Assembly: GCA_947572235.1 (NCBI GenBank)
Contig: CANPBB010000001.1
Span: 1,620-65,619 of the forward strand
Direction: 5' to 3'
From: an uncultured Clostridia bacterium
GTDB lineage: Bacteria > Bacillota > Clostridia > Oscillospirales > Oscillospiraceae
Length of the DNA: 64,000 bases
Below, in pieces: positions 53,913 through 61,829 of the stretch. The notes beneath the pieces were generated by a model, which worked only from the letters and a program-made list of their open reading frames with translations, had not been told where the DNA came from and made no database searches. Position 1 is the stretch's first letter. Each line of letters opens with the position of its first letter. A program made the translations under genes and the position numbers.

Positions 53913-54048
53913 GGTTAGGAATTGAGGTGTTCAGCGGAGCTGGACAGGATTTGAACAGAGCCGGCGGAAATTCACTGTGGCCGCTATCAGCGGCTAAATC
54001 CAAATCGTTCAGCTTTGCTGGATACATTCATTCCTAAATTCCTCATTC
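53913..54048. repeat. Repeat family C, longer copy between the 247-aa gene and comM
   Basis: GGTTAGGAATTGAGGTGTTCAGCGGAGCTGGACAGGATTTGAACAGAGCCGGCGGAAATTC ... CATTCCTAAATTCCTCATT. Confidence 0.75.
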
Positions 54049-54051
54049 GTC

Positions 54052-54795
54052 TCAGTACAGTGACAAATCACACATCGCCTTCCAATAGCTTTTTCGCTTT
54101 TTAGCCGCCTCCGGGTCCAAGGCCTGGAGGGTGTCCCAGAAGGGGGCGTAGAGAGATTTTTCGTGCTTGAAGATGAAGTCCAGGTCGATCTTGCCCGGGT
54201 GCCGGGCACAGAAGTCCTGCACCTTCCGGGCGAAGCCGGGATAGAAGGCGCGCCAGCAGGCCATGCTGAGCAGGTACTGGGACAGACTGGTGTTTACATA
54301 GGTGAGAATATCCCCGAAGGAGTCATGGAGCCATTTCCACACCGCGCCGGTTTTCAGCTCCACGGCGATATAGGCCACATCCTCGCGTTTCAGCCACTCC
54401 CAGCGCTCATCGGGCGTGCCGGCGCCGCTGATCACGCAGCCGCGGTCCAAGCTCCGGCTCTCGCCGATCACAAGGAGCTTTTTCTTCTTGGCCTGCTCCA
54501 CCCTGAGACAGCTCAGCCAAAAGACCACGCCGGGATACAGGCCGCGCTCCCGCTCCTCATCCGGGCAGCGATAGTCCGCGAAGCAGTCCGGAAGCCCCAC
54601 CTGCGTCAAAAACGCGCAGACTCCCTCCGGCAGCTCCAGCTTCCTGAGCTGAAACCCGACATACCGCCCCAGCGCCGGGTCCGCGAGAAAGTCCGCATCG
54701 GGCTCCAGCCCCGTCCCCGCCGCCTGCGCTTGCTCATAAAACCGAAGCATCTCGGGAAAATCCATCCAATTAGCCCGCCCTGCCTGCTGCCCCAC
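54052..54795 (-). CDS. Hypothetical protein (247 aa), possibly SUKH/SMI1-type immunity-like
   Basis: GTG start behind AGAGGG. My impression of a SUKH-like pattern is weak and unverified. Confidence 0.65.
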   Translation of the reverse strand: MGQQAGRANWMDFPEMLRFYEQAQAAGTGLEPDADFLADPALGRYVGFQLRKLELPEGVCAFLTQVGLPDCFADYRCPDEERERGLYPGVVFWLSCLRVEQAKKKKLLVIGESRSLDRGCVISGAGTPDERWEWLKREDVAYIAVELKTGAVWKWLHDSFGDILTYVNTSLSQYLLSMACWRAFYPGFARKVQDFCARHPGKIDLDFIFKHEKSLYAPFWDTLQALDPEAAKKRKSYWKAMCDLSLY

Positions 54796-55025
54796 AAAAA
54801 CACCCTCTTTTTTAATGAGAAATCAGACATGAATATGTCCGCCCGCACCGGACAATTCATAATCCGTTCGCCAAAGGCGAATACCATCACTCCAAACGCT
54901 TAACTCCTAATTTCTCATTGTACCACAAACCCGGCGCCGCGCAAGGCAAAAATCGACTGGATGGGGACAAGCTGCTGATAAATCGACAAAATTTTTGCCA
55001 AGTGCGAAAAATTTGAAAAGGGACA

Positions 55026-55054
55026 TTTACACCGCCGGGAAATCATGATATAGT
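55026..55054 (+). promoter_or_regulatory. Sigma-A-type promoter for nifJ
   Basis: TTTACA, 17 nt, TATAGT. Confidence 0.55.
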
Positions 55055-55130
55055 ATAGGACGTATGAGCACATGCTTTGAGATCGAGGGAACCCAGAGCA
55101 GTATCAATAAAACAGGAGGATGACAAATCT

Positions 55131-58100
55131 ATGGCAAGAAAGTTCAAGTCCATGGACGGCAACAATGCCGCGGCGCACGTATCCTATGCGTTCAGCGAGG
55201 TTGCGGCGATCTATCCGATCACCCCGTCCAGCCCCATGGCCGACCTGGTGGACCAGTGGTCCGCCAACGGCCTGAAGAACATCTTCGGCACCCAGGTGAA
55301 GGTGGTTGAGATGCAGTCCGAGGCCGGCGCCGCCGGTGCGGTCCACGGCTCCCTGGGCGCCGGCGCCCTCACCAGCACCTACACCGCTTCCCAGGGCCTG
55401 CTGCTCATGATCCCCAATATGTACAAGATCGCGGCCGAGCAGCTGCCCACCGTGTTCCATGTCTCCGCCCGTACCGTGTCCACCCACGCGCTGAACATCT
55501 TCGGCGACCACTCCGACGTGATGGCCTGCCGCCAGACCGGCTTCGCCATGCTGGCCGAGGGCAACGTGCAGGAGGTCATGGACCTCTCCCCGGTGGCCCA
55601 CCTCTCCGCCATCAGCGGCAAGGTGCCCTTCATCAACTTCTTCGACGGCTTCCGCACCAGCCACGAGATCCAGAAGGTGGCCGTGTGGGACTTCGAGGAT
55701 CTGAAGGAGATGTGCGACATGGAGGCCGTGGAGGCCTTCCGCAGGCACGCCCTCAACCCCGAGCACCCCAACACCCGGGGCTCCCATGAGAACGGCGACA
55801 TCTTCTTCCAGCACCGCGAGGCCTGCAACAAGTACTACGACGAGCTGCCCGCAGTGGTCGAGAAGTACATGGGCAAGATCAATGAGAAGCTGGGCACCAA
55901 CTACAAGCTCTTCAACTACTACGGCGCTCCCGACGCGGACCGCGTCATCATCGCCATGGGCTCCATCTGCGACGTGGCCGAGGAGGTCATCGACTACATG
56001 AACGCCCGCGGCGAGAAGGTGGGTCTGGTCAAGGTCCGCCTGTACCGCCCCTTCGCCGCCGACAAGCTCATCGCCGCCATCCCCGCCTCCACCAAGAAGA
56101 TCGCGGTCCTCGACCGCACCAAGGAGCCCGGCGCGCTGGGCGAGCCCCTGTATCTGGACGTGGTTTCCGCCCTGGCCAACGCCGGGAAGAACGACGTGAA
56201 GGTCATCGGCGGCCGCTACGGCCTGGGCTCCAAGGACACTCCCCCGGCCAGCGTGTTCGCTGTCTATGAGGAGCTGAAGCTGGACAACCCCCGCCGTCAG
56301 TTCACCATCGGCATCGTGGACGATGTCACCAATCTGTCCCTGCCCGAGAAGGAGGCCCCCAACACCGCCGCGGAGGGCACCATCGAGTGCAAGTTCTGGG
56401 GTCTGGGCGGCGACGGCACCGTGGGCGCCAACAAGAACTCCATCAAGATTATCGGCGACCACACCGACAAGTATATCCAAGCCTATTTCCAGTACGACTC
56501 CAAGAAGACCGGCGGCGTCACCATCAGCCACCTGCGCTTCGGCGACAAGCCCATCCGGTCCCCCTACTATATCAATAAGGCCGACTTCGTGGCCTGCCAC
56601 AACCCCAGCTATGTCACCAAGGGCTTCAAGATGGTCAACGATGTCAAGCCCGGCGGCGTGTTCATGATCAACTGCCAGTGGGATTTTGACGAGCTGTGCC
56701 ACCACCTCAACGCCGAGGCCAAGCAGTATATCGCCAAGAACAACATCCAGCTCTACACCATCAACGCCATTGACCTGGCCGCTCAGATCGGCATGGGCAA
56801 GCGCACCAACACCATCCTCCAGAGCGCCTTCTTCACTCTGGCCAAGGTGATGCCCCAGGCCGAGGCCATCCAGTACATGAAGGACGCCGCCACCAAGTCC
56901 TATTCCAAGAAGGGCATGGACGTTGTGGAGATGAACCACAAGGCCATCGACGCCGGCGCCACCGCCTTTGTGAAGATCGACGTGCCCGCCGACTGGGCCA
57001 ACGCCGTGGACGAGAAGAAGGGCCACGACTTGGAGGGCAAGCCGGAGCTCGTGAAGATGGTCAAGGACATCTTGGAGCCCATCGGCCGCATGGACGGCGA
57101 CAGCCTGCCTGTCAGCGTCTTTATGCCCCACGTGGACGGCCAGTTCGAGCAGGGCGCCAGCGCCTATGAGAAGCGCGGCGTAGCCGTGGCGGTGCCTGTG
57201 TGGGATGCCTCCAAGTGCATCCAGTGCAACACCTGCGCCTATGTCTGCCCCCATGCCACCATCCGCGCCTTCGCCCTCACTGAGGAGGAGGTCAAAAACG
57301 CCCCCGCGGGTCTCAGCGCCGTGGACATCAAGGCCGGCAAGGGCAAGGGCGTCTACCAGTACGCCATCGGCGTCAGCCCCTTGGACTGCATGGGCTGCGG
57401 CGTCTGCGTCGAGGCGTGCCTCGCCAAGGATAAGGCCATCGTCATGGCCCCGCAGGAGAGCCAGGCCGGCCAGCAGGCGGTCTGGAACTATCTGGTCAAG
57501 ACCAGCAAGAAGGCCGACATGCAGGATACCACTGTCAAGGGCAGCCAGTTCATGCAGCCCATGCTGGAGTTCTCCGGCTCCTGCGCCGGCTGCGCCGAGA
57601 CCAGCTATGCCCGTCTTGTGACCCAGCTGTTTGGCGAGCGGATGTACGTCTCCAACGCCACCGGCTGTTCCTCCATCTGGGGCGGTCCCGCCGCCACCAG
57701 CCCCTACTGCACCGATGCGGACGGCCGCGGCCCCGCTTGGTGCAACAGCCTCTTCGAGGACAACGCCGAGCACGGCTTGGGCATGTACACCGGCCAGAAG
57801 ACCATCCGCAACAATCTGGCCGCCAAGACCAAGGCTCTGATCGCTATCGACTGGGCCCTCCCCGCTTTGAAGGAGGCCGCCCAGAAGTGGCTGGACACCA
57901 TGGATGACGGCGCCGCCAACCAAGAGGCCGCCAAGGCCTACATCGCCGCCTTGGAGCAGAGCATCTGCACCATCGACGAGGTGACCGCCTTTGTCAGCAG
58001 CCCCGCCGCCAAGGACACTTTTGGCGACAAGCTGGGCGAGATGCAGGCCCACGCCAAGGCTCTGAAGGAGTCCGGCGCCAAGTTCTGTGACTGCGACGCC

Positions 58101-58799
58101 TGCAAGCTGGTGGCAGAGATTCTGGCCCAGAAGGAGTACCTGAACAAGAAGTCTGTGTGGATCTTCGGCGGCGACGGCTGGGCCTACGACATCGGCTACG
58201 GCGGTCTGGACCACGTGCTCGCCAGCGGCGAGGATGTGAACGTCTTCGTCTTTGACACCGAGGTCTACTCCAACACCGGCGGCCAGGCCTCCAAGGCCTC
58301 CAACATCGGCCAGGTGGCCCAGTTCGCCGCGGCCGGCAAGGAGATGAAGAAGAAGAGCCTCAGCGAGATCGCCATGCAGTACGGCTACGTGTACGTGGCC
58401 CAGGTGGCCATGGGTGCCAACCCCGCCCAGACCATTAAGGCCATCACCGAGGCCGAGGCCTACCACGGCCCGTCCCTGATCATCGGCTACGCCCCCTGTG
58501 AGATGCACTCCATCAAGGGTGGCATGATGAACTGCCAGAAGGAGATGAAGCGTGCGGTTGAGTGCGGCTACTGGAACATGTTCCGCTTCAACCCCGCCGC
58601 CGAGGGCGACAAGAAGTTCATCCTTGACAGCAAGGCCCCCGCCGGCGGCTACCGCGAGTTCCTGCTCAACGAGGCCCGCTATGCCCGCCTGACCCGGGAG
58701 TTCCCGGAGCGTGCCGAGGTTCTGTTCGCCAGAAACGAGGAGGCGGCCAAGGAGCGCTACGAGCATCTGATGAAGCTCACCGAGCTGTATAAGGGCTAA
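55131..58799 (+). CDS. nifJ: Pyruvate:ferredoxin (flavodoxin) oxidoreductase
   Basis: About 1222 aa. MDGNNAAAHVSYAFSEVAAIYPITPSS; two 4Fe-4S ferredoxin motifs (CIQCNTCAYVCP, CMGCGVCVEAC); TPP-binding GGDGWAYDIG. AGGAGGA SD. Confidence 0.96.
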   Translation: MARKFKSMDGNNAAAHVSYAFSEVAAIYPITPSSPMADLVDQWSANGLKNIFGTQVKVVEMQSEAGAAGAVHGSLGAGALTSTYTASQGLLLMIPNMYKIAAEQLPTVFHVSARTVSTHALNIFGDHSDVMACRQTGFAMLAEGNVQEVMDLSPVAHLSAISGKVPFINFFDGFRTSHEIQKVAVWDFEDLKEMCDMEAVEAFRRHALNPEHPNTRGSHENGDIFFQHREACNKYYDELPAVVEKYMGKINEKLGTNYKLFNYYGAPDADRVIIAMGSICDVAEEVIDYMNARGEKVGLVKVRLYRPFAADKLIAAIPASTKKIAVLDRTKEPGALGEPLYLDVVSALANAGKNDVKVIGGRYGLGSKDTPPASVFAVYEELKLDNPRRQFTIGIVDDVTNLSLPEKEAPNTAAEGTIECKFWGLGGDGTVGANKNSIKIIGDHTDKYIQAYFQYDSKKTGGVTISHLRFGDKPIRSPYYINKADFVACHNPSYVTKGFKMVNDVKPGGVFMINCQWDFDELCHHLNAEAKQYIAKNNIQLYTINAIDLAAQIGMGKRTNTILQSAFFTLAKVMPQAEAIQYMKDAATKSYSKKGMDVVEMNHKAIDAGATAFVKIDVPADWANAVDEKKGHDLEGKPELVKMVKDILEPIGRMDGDSLPVSVFMPHVDGQFEQGASAYEKRGVAVAVPVWDASKCIQCNTCAYVCPHATIRAFALTEEEVKNAPAGLSAVDIKAGKGKGVYQYAIGVSPLDCMGCGVCVEACLAKDKAIVMAPQESQAGQQAVWNYLVKTSKKADMQDTTVKGSQFMQPMLEFSGSCAGCAETSYARLVTQLFGERMYVSNATGCSSIWGGPAATSPYCTDADGRGPAWCNSLFEDNAEHGLGMYTGQKTIRNNLAAKTKALIAIDWALPALKEAAQKWLDTMDDGAANQEAAKAYIAALEQSICTIDEVTAFVSSPAAKDTFGDKLGEMQAHAKALKESGAKFCDCDACKLVAEILAQKEYLNKKSVWIFGGDGWAYDIGYGGLDHVLASGEDVNVFVFDTEVYSNTGGQASKASNIGQVAQFAAAGKEMKKKSLSEIAMQYGYVYVAQVAMGANPAQTIKAITEAEAYHGPSLIIGYAPCEMHSIKGGMMNCQKEMKRAVECGYWNMFRFNPAAEGDKKFILDSKAPAGGYREFLLNEARYARLTREFPERAEVLFARNEEAAKERYEHLMKLTELYKG

Positions 58800-58830
58800 G
58801 CGCAGCGCGAAATTAAAAACCGGTCCCATG

Positions 58831-58870
58831 GGATCCCCGTGTGCTGTGCACACGGGGGTCCGTTTCCTTC
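58831..58870 (+). terminator. Terminator-like hairpin after nifJ
   Basis: GGATCCCCGTGTGC-TGT-GCACACGGGGGTCC. The T-tract is weak. Confidence 0.5.
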
Positions 58871-60190
58871 AAAAAAGAGCGTTGTTTTCGCGTGTTTTTT
58901 GATAAAAAACGGGGGAATTCCCCTGTTTTTGAGGAATATGTTTGCATCGAAACAGGCAACTTGTTGCACGCTCCCCCGCCGGAGAAGCGGGGGGAGGAGC
59001 GTGAGATCCGCCCCTACGATGGTTGATCGGGCCATCCCGGTGGACGGGGGACGGCGCGCCGGGGGATATGCCCTGCCGGTTGACGGGGAGCGGCACGCCG
59101 GGGGTGGGGAACGGGCCGGTGAGGATACCAGCCCCTGCGGGTGGGCTATCGGGAGTGCCTGCGAGGAATCCCGCCACCGCCGTTCGGCGGCCCCCTCATC
59201 TCGGCCTAAGAGCCTGTTTAAAATCTTCCTGCGCATGTCTTGGCGGCGTATTTTCCGCCCTGACTGCGTTAAAAATCCTTGCCATCCGTCAGGATGCCTG
59301 CGGATTTTTGCCTTGCAGGGCAAAAAATCCACTCGCCAATCCATACACGTCGAGATATTAAACAGGCTCTTAGAGCCGCCCTTTGGGGCGGTTGGCCTCG
59401 AAACGTGCCTGTGGGCGCCGCCTTCAGCAAGGGAGCCAGGGGGCGAAACGCCATAATCGCCCAGCCCCGGTGCGGTGGGTGTCCAGAGAGCGGACGCACA
59501 ATACCCGCAGGGATACGCCGCATCTGTAAGGGGCAGAGCCGCCAACGGCTGCGCTGTGTGCGCCCCTACAGACGGTATACTGACAGTACCGGAAGGCACG
59601 GCGGCATTTGCTGCACTGGGCCGGAGGTTTGACCTCTAAGTTTCTAAAACAAGTCGGGCAACGGAGGCAGAGCGGCAGCGGACGCCTACAGCATGGCCAT
59701 AGACGGAGGGACGCTCGCCAGTACCGTCCCGCTGAGCGGGAGCAACCGCCGCCGCGCGGGGTGCGCTGAGGTTGGATGAGCGCCGGGCTGTCGAGGGGGC
59801 TATGGTTCTTAGGGAGGGAGCGAATAAGGGCTGCGTCCCACCGCGGGTGGGGCTAAAGCCCGCCTGAGCGGACTCCCAAGCGCGCTTTTGCAGGCTTGGT
59901 CAGAGAGCCAAAAAGGAAAGGATGTGTGAAGGAAAACCATTCGGTTTTCCTTCATGTTCAATCAACCCGCCCCAGCGACAGATTTTGGCATCCCGCCAAA
60001 ATCTGTTGGGTCTGGGGGCCCTGTCCCCAGACCCAGTCGCTTGGGGCGAAACCTCCGTTCCCAAACCGCGCGGAAAAGTCTTGGTACTGCGCCGCAGTAC
60101 CCCCCGCCGCGGGACGCGACGGCAGAAGGGGGCCAGCCCCGCCCTGCCCCGGCCCCGCCCTACCCCAACCCAACTCTTCTGCCAAAAAGA
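58871..60190. repeat. 1.3-kb gene-free array of consecutive GC-rich hairpins / REP-like units plus a mosaic element
   Basis: Dozens of short palindromes, e.g. GAAGGAAAACCATTCGGTTTTCCTTC, CAGATTTTGGCATCCCGCCAAAATCTG, GGTACTGCGCCGCAGTACC. GTAG/GCAG-GGGC units near 59010, 59140 and 59565. Confidence 0.75.
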
Positions 60191-60203
60191 AAGGAGCACC
60201 ACT

Positions 60204-60821
60204 ATGCCATCCTGTCAAGACCATCTGAAAACCGAGCGCCGTGCCGCCGGCGGAGGGATCGGCCTGCTGATTGCAGGCGTCCTCCTCCTTCTCTTGGGCG
60301 CCGCAGGCATCACCTACGCCGCCACCCACTACACCCCTGAGGCCACCGCCGCCGCGATATGGGGCTTTCCCGGCGCTGTTTTAGGCGTCATATTTGTCGT
60401 GATCGGCGCCCTGCGCCGGCGCCGGCGGGCCGCTATGGACCGGGATGCGGAGCAGAGCCCGCTGGTGGCCAGTATACGGCGGAGCCTGCCGCCGGAGCAG
60501 GCGGGACTGCCGGTGGGACAGCTCTTTGCGCTGGTGGATCGGGATATCGCCTCGGGAGAGGCCTTTGGCGGCGTCACCGTGGGCCGGGAGTGGGTGATCA
60601 TGGTCAACTGCGCACTCCGGACGGAACGCATCCGGGGGATAGCCCTGAAAAAGAAGCAAAACCGCACCAGCCATGTGCGGATGAACACCTATGTGGTGGC
60701 CGTCACCGACGGCTCCGTGCAGGCGGAGGCGGAGTTTGCCACCAGAGAGCACGCCTCGGAGTGCTTGGCCGCGCTGCAAAAAATCTGTCCCGCCGCCCAA
60801 GCGGCGGCGGCCGACGAGTAG
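60204..60821 (+). CDS. Hypothetical two-TM membrane protein (205 aa)
   Basis: AAAGGAG SD. TM hairpin, then a soluble domain. The longer ORF-track start reads through repeat DNA. Confidence 0.65.
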   Translation: MPSCQDHLKTERRAAGGGIGLLIAGVLLLLLGAAGITYAATHYTPEATAAAIWGFPGAVLGVIFVVIGALRRRRRAAMDRDAEQSPLVASIRRSLPPEQAGLPVGQLFALVDRDIASGEAFGGVTVGREWVIMVNCALRTERIRGIALKKKQNRTSHVRMNTYVVAVTDGSVQAEAEFATREHASECLAALQKICPAAQAAAADE

Positions 60822-60833
60822 GGAGGAAAGGAT

Positions 60834-61478
60834 ATGTACCCCAATATTCAAAAAGCGATGACACGAAATCTGAAGAAGAGCCAGAAACTGGTTGTGTTTG
60901 TAGGACCGGTACTGTTTCTCTACCTCTTTTGGTGGATCTGGTACTCCAACGGCAGGGTGATTGACGAGAACAACCGGGGGATGCTGCTGCTGTTTGCCGG
61001 CATGGCGCTGTTCCTGATCCTCTCCATCCCCCTGGGGCAGTGGAGCCAGAAGAAGGTGATGCGGCGGCAGTCTGCCCGGTTTTCCGAGGCGGAGCTGGCG
61101 CGGATTGACCGCTTCCTCGAGACGGCGGAGCCCATCCGGGGGATCACCGTCACCCCCGACGCCCTGATCGGGGCGGGGGTTATGGTGCCTGTACAGCATT
61201 TGGTGTGGATCTTCATCCGCTCCCGCACCCAGCAGATGGCGGCCACCATTCAGGAGATGATCGCCGTCACAGACGACAAGGCGGAGCACAGCGTGTACCT
61301 CGGGATCCGGCCCGGGCCCTTCCGGCAGGCGGATCAGGAGGCTGTTCGGGAGATCACCCGGCAGCTGCTCCAGCACCGGCCGGGCCTGTTTGTGGGCCAC
61401 AGTGAGGAGAATCAGCGGCTGTATCGGGAGAACTTTGCCGGGATGGCCGCCGCGGCGGGGAGGAGCGCGGCGCAGTAG
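60834..61478 (+). CDS. Hypothetical two-TM membrane protein (214 aa), architecture paralogous to the preceding gene
   Basis: GGGAGGAAAGG SD. TM hairpin, then a soluble domain with similar motif order (GITV...IAVTDD versus GVTV...VAVTDG). Confidence 0.65.
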   Translation: MYPNIQKAMTRNLKKSQKLVVFVGPVLFLYLFWWIWYSNGRVIDENNRGMLLLFAGMALFLILSIPLGQWSQKKVMRRQSARFSEAELARIDRFLETAEPIRGITVTPDALIGAGVMVPVQHLVWIFIRSRTQQMAATIQEMIAVTDDKAEHSVYLGIRPGPFRQADQEAVREITRQLLQHRPGLFVGHSEENQRLYRENFAGMAAAAGRSAAQ

Positions 61479-61489
61479 GAAGCGGAGGG

Positions 61490-61700
61490 CGTCCCTTGGG
61501 GCGGGCGGACGGCCTGCCGGAGCGTTTTGTCCGGCGGGGACGGCGCGCCCTACGGGCGGGCTATCGGGAGTGCGGTGGATATCGGGGAACAGGCCGGTGA
61601 GGACACCGGCCCCTACGGGTGGGTTTGACGGACCATCCCGGCGCCGGGAGAACGGTGCCCTGCCGGGCGCTTTTCGCGCTGCCCCAGCGGCGGAATCCCC
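61490..61700. repeat. REP-like hairpin cluster upstream of the mfd promoter
   Basis: GGACGGCGCGCCCTACGGGCGGGCTATCGGGAGTGC and GGCCGGTGAGGACACCGGCCCCTACGGGTGGG match modules at 59050-59170 and 52080-52165. Confidence 0.7.
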
Positions 61701-61711
61701 CCTTCTTCCCC

Positions 61712-61740
61712 TTGACAAATCGGGAAAAAACCGGTACCAT
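61712..61740 (+). promoter_or_regulatory. Sigma-A-type promoter for mfd
   Basis: TTGACA, 17 nt, TACCAT. Confidence 0.45.
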
Positions 61741-61829
61741 GTCTCCCGGAATAGAGAGAACAGGCACACTCCCCCGTAAGGCGGAGTGCGCCTATTACCC
61801 TTTGGTGAGAGAGAAAGAGGAGGTGCGTG

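Noticed and set aside
55104-58853. 1249-aa ORF on the minus strand spanning the whole nifJ locus
   Set aside because: It is the antisense shadow of a highly conserved PFOR gene in GC-rich DNA. The translation is Gly/Ala/Leu/His/Val low-complexity with no motifs and no SD. The plus-strand frame carries every PFOR signature.
58871-60190. CRISPR array
   Set aside because: The repeated units are palindromic hairpins of varying sequence and irregular spacing, not a constant 25-40-bp direct repeat with unique spacers of uniform length. No cas genes are in the window.
59922-60203. N-terminal extension of the 205-aa membrane protein (299-aa ORF-track version), plus other ORFs across 58839-60340
   Set aside because: They read through hairpin/REP array DNA and their translations are Pro/Arg/Gly-rich with no SD. 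The internal ATG at 60204 has an AAAGGAG SD and starts the hydrophobic protein.
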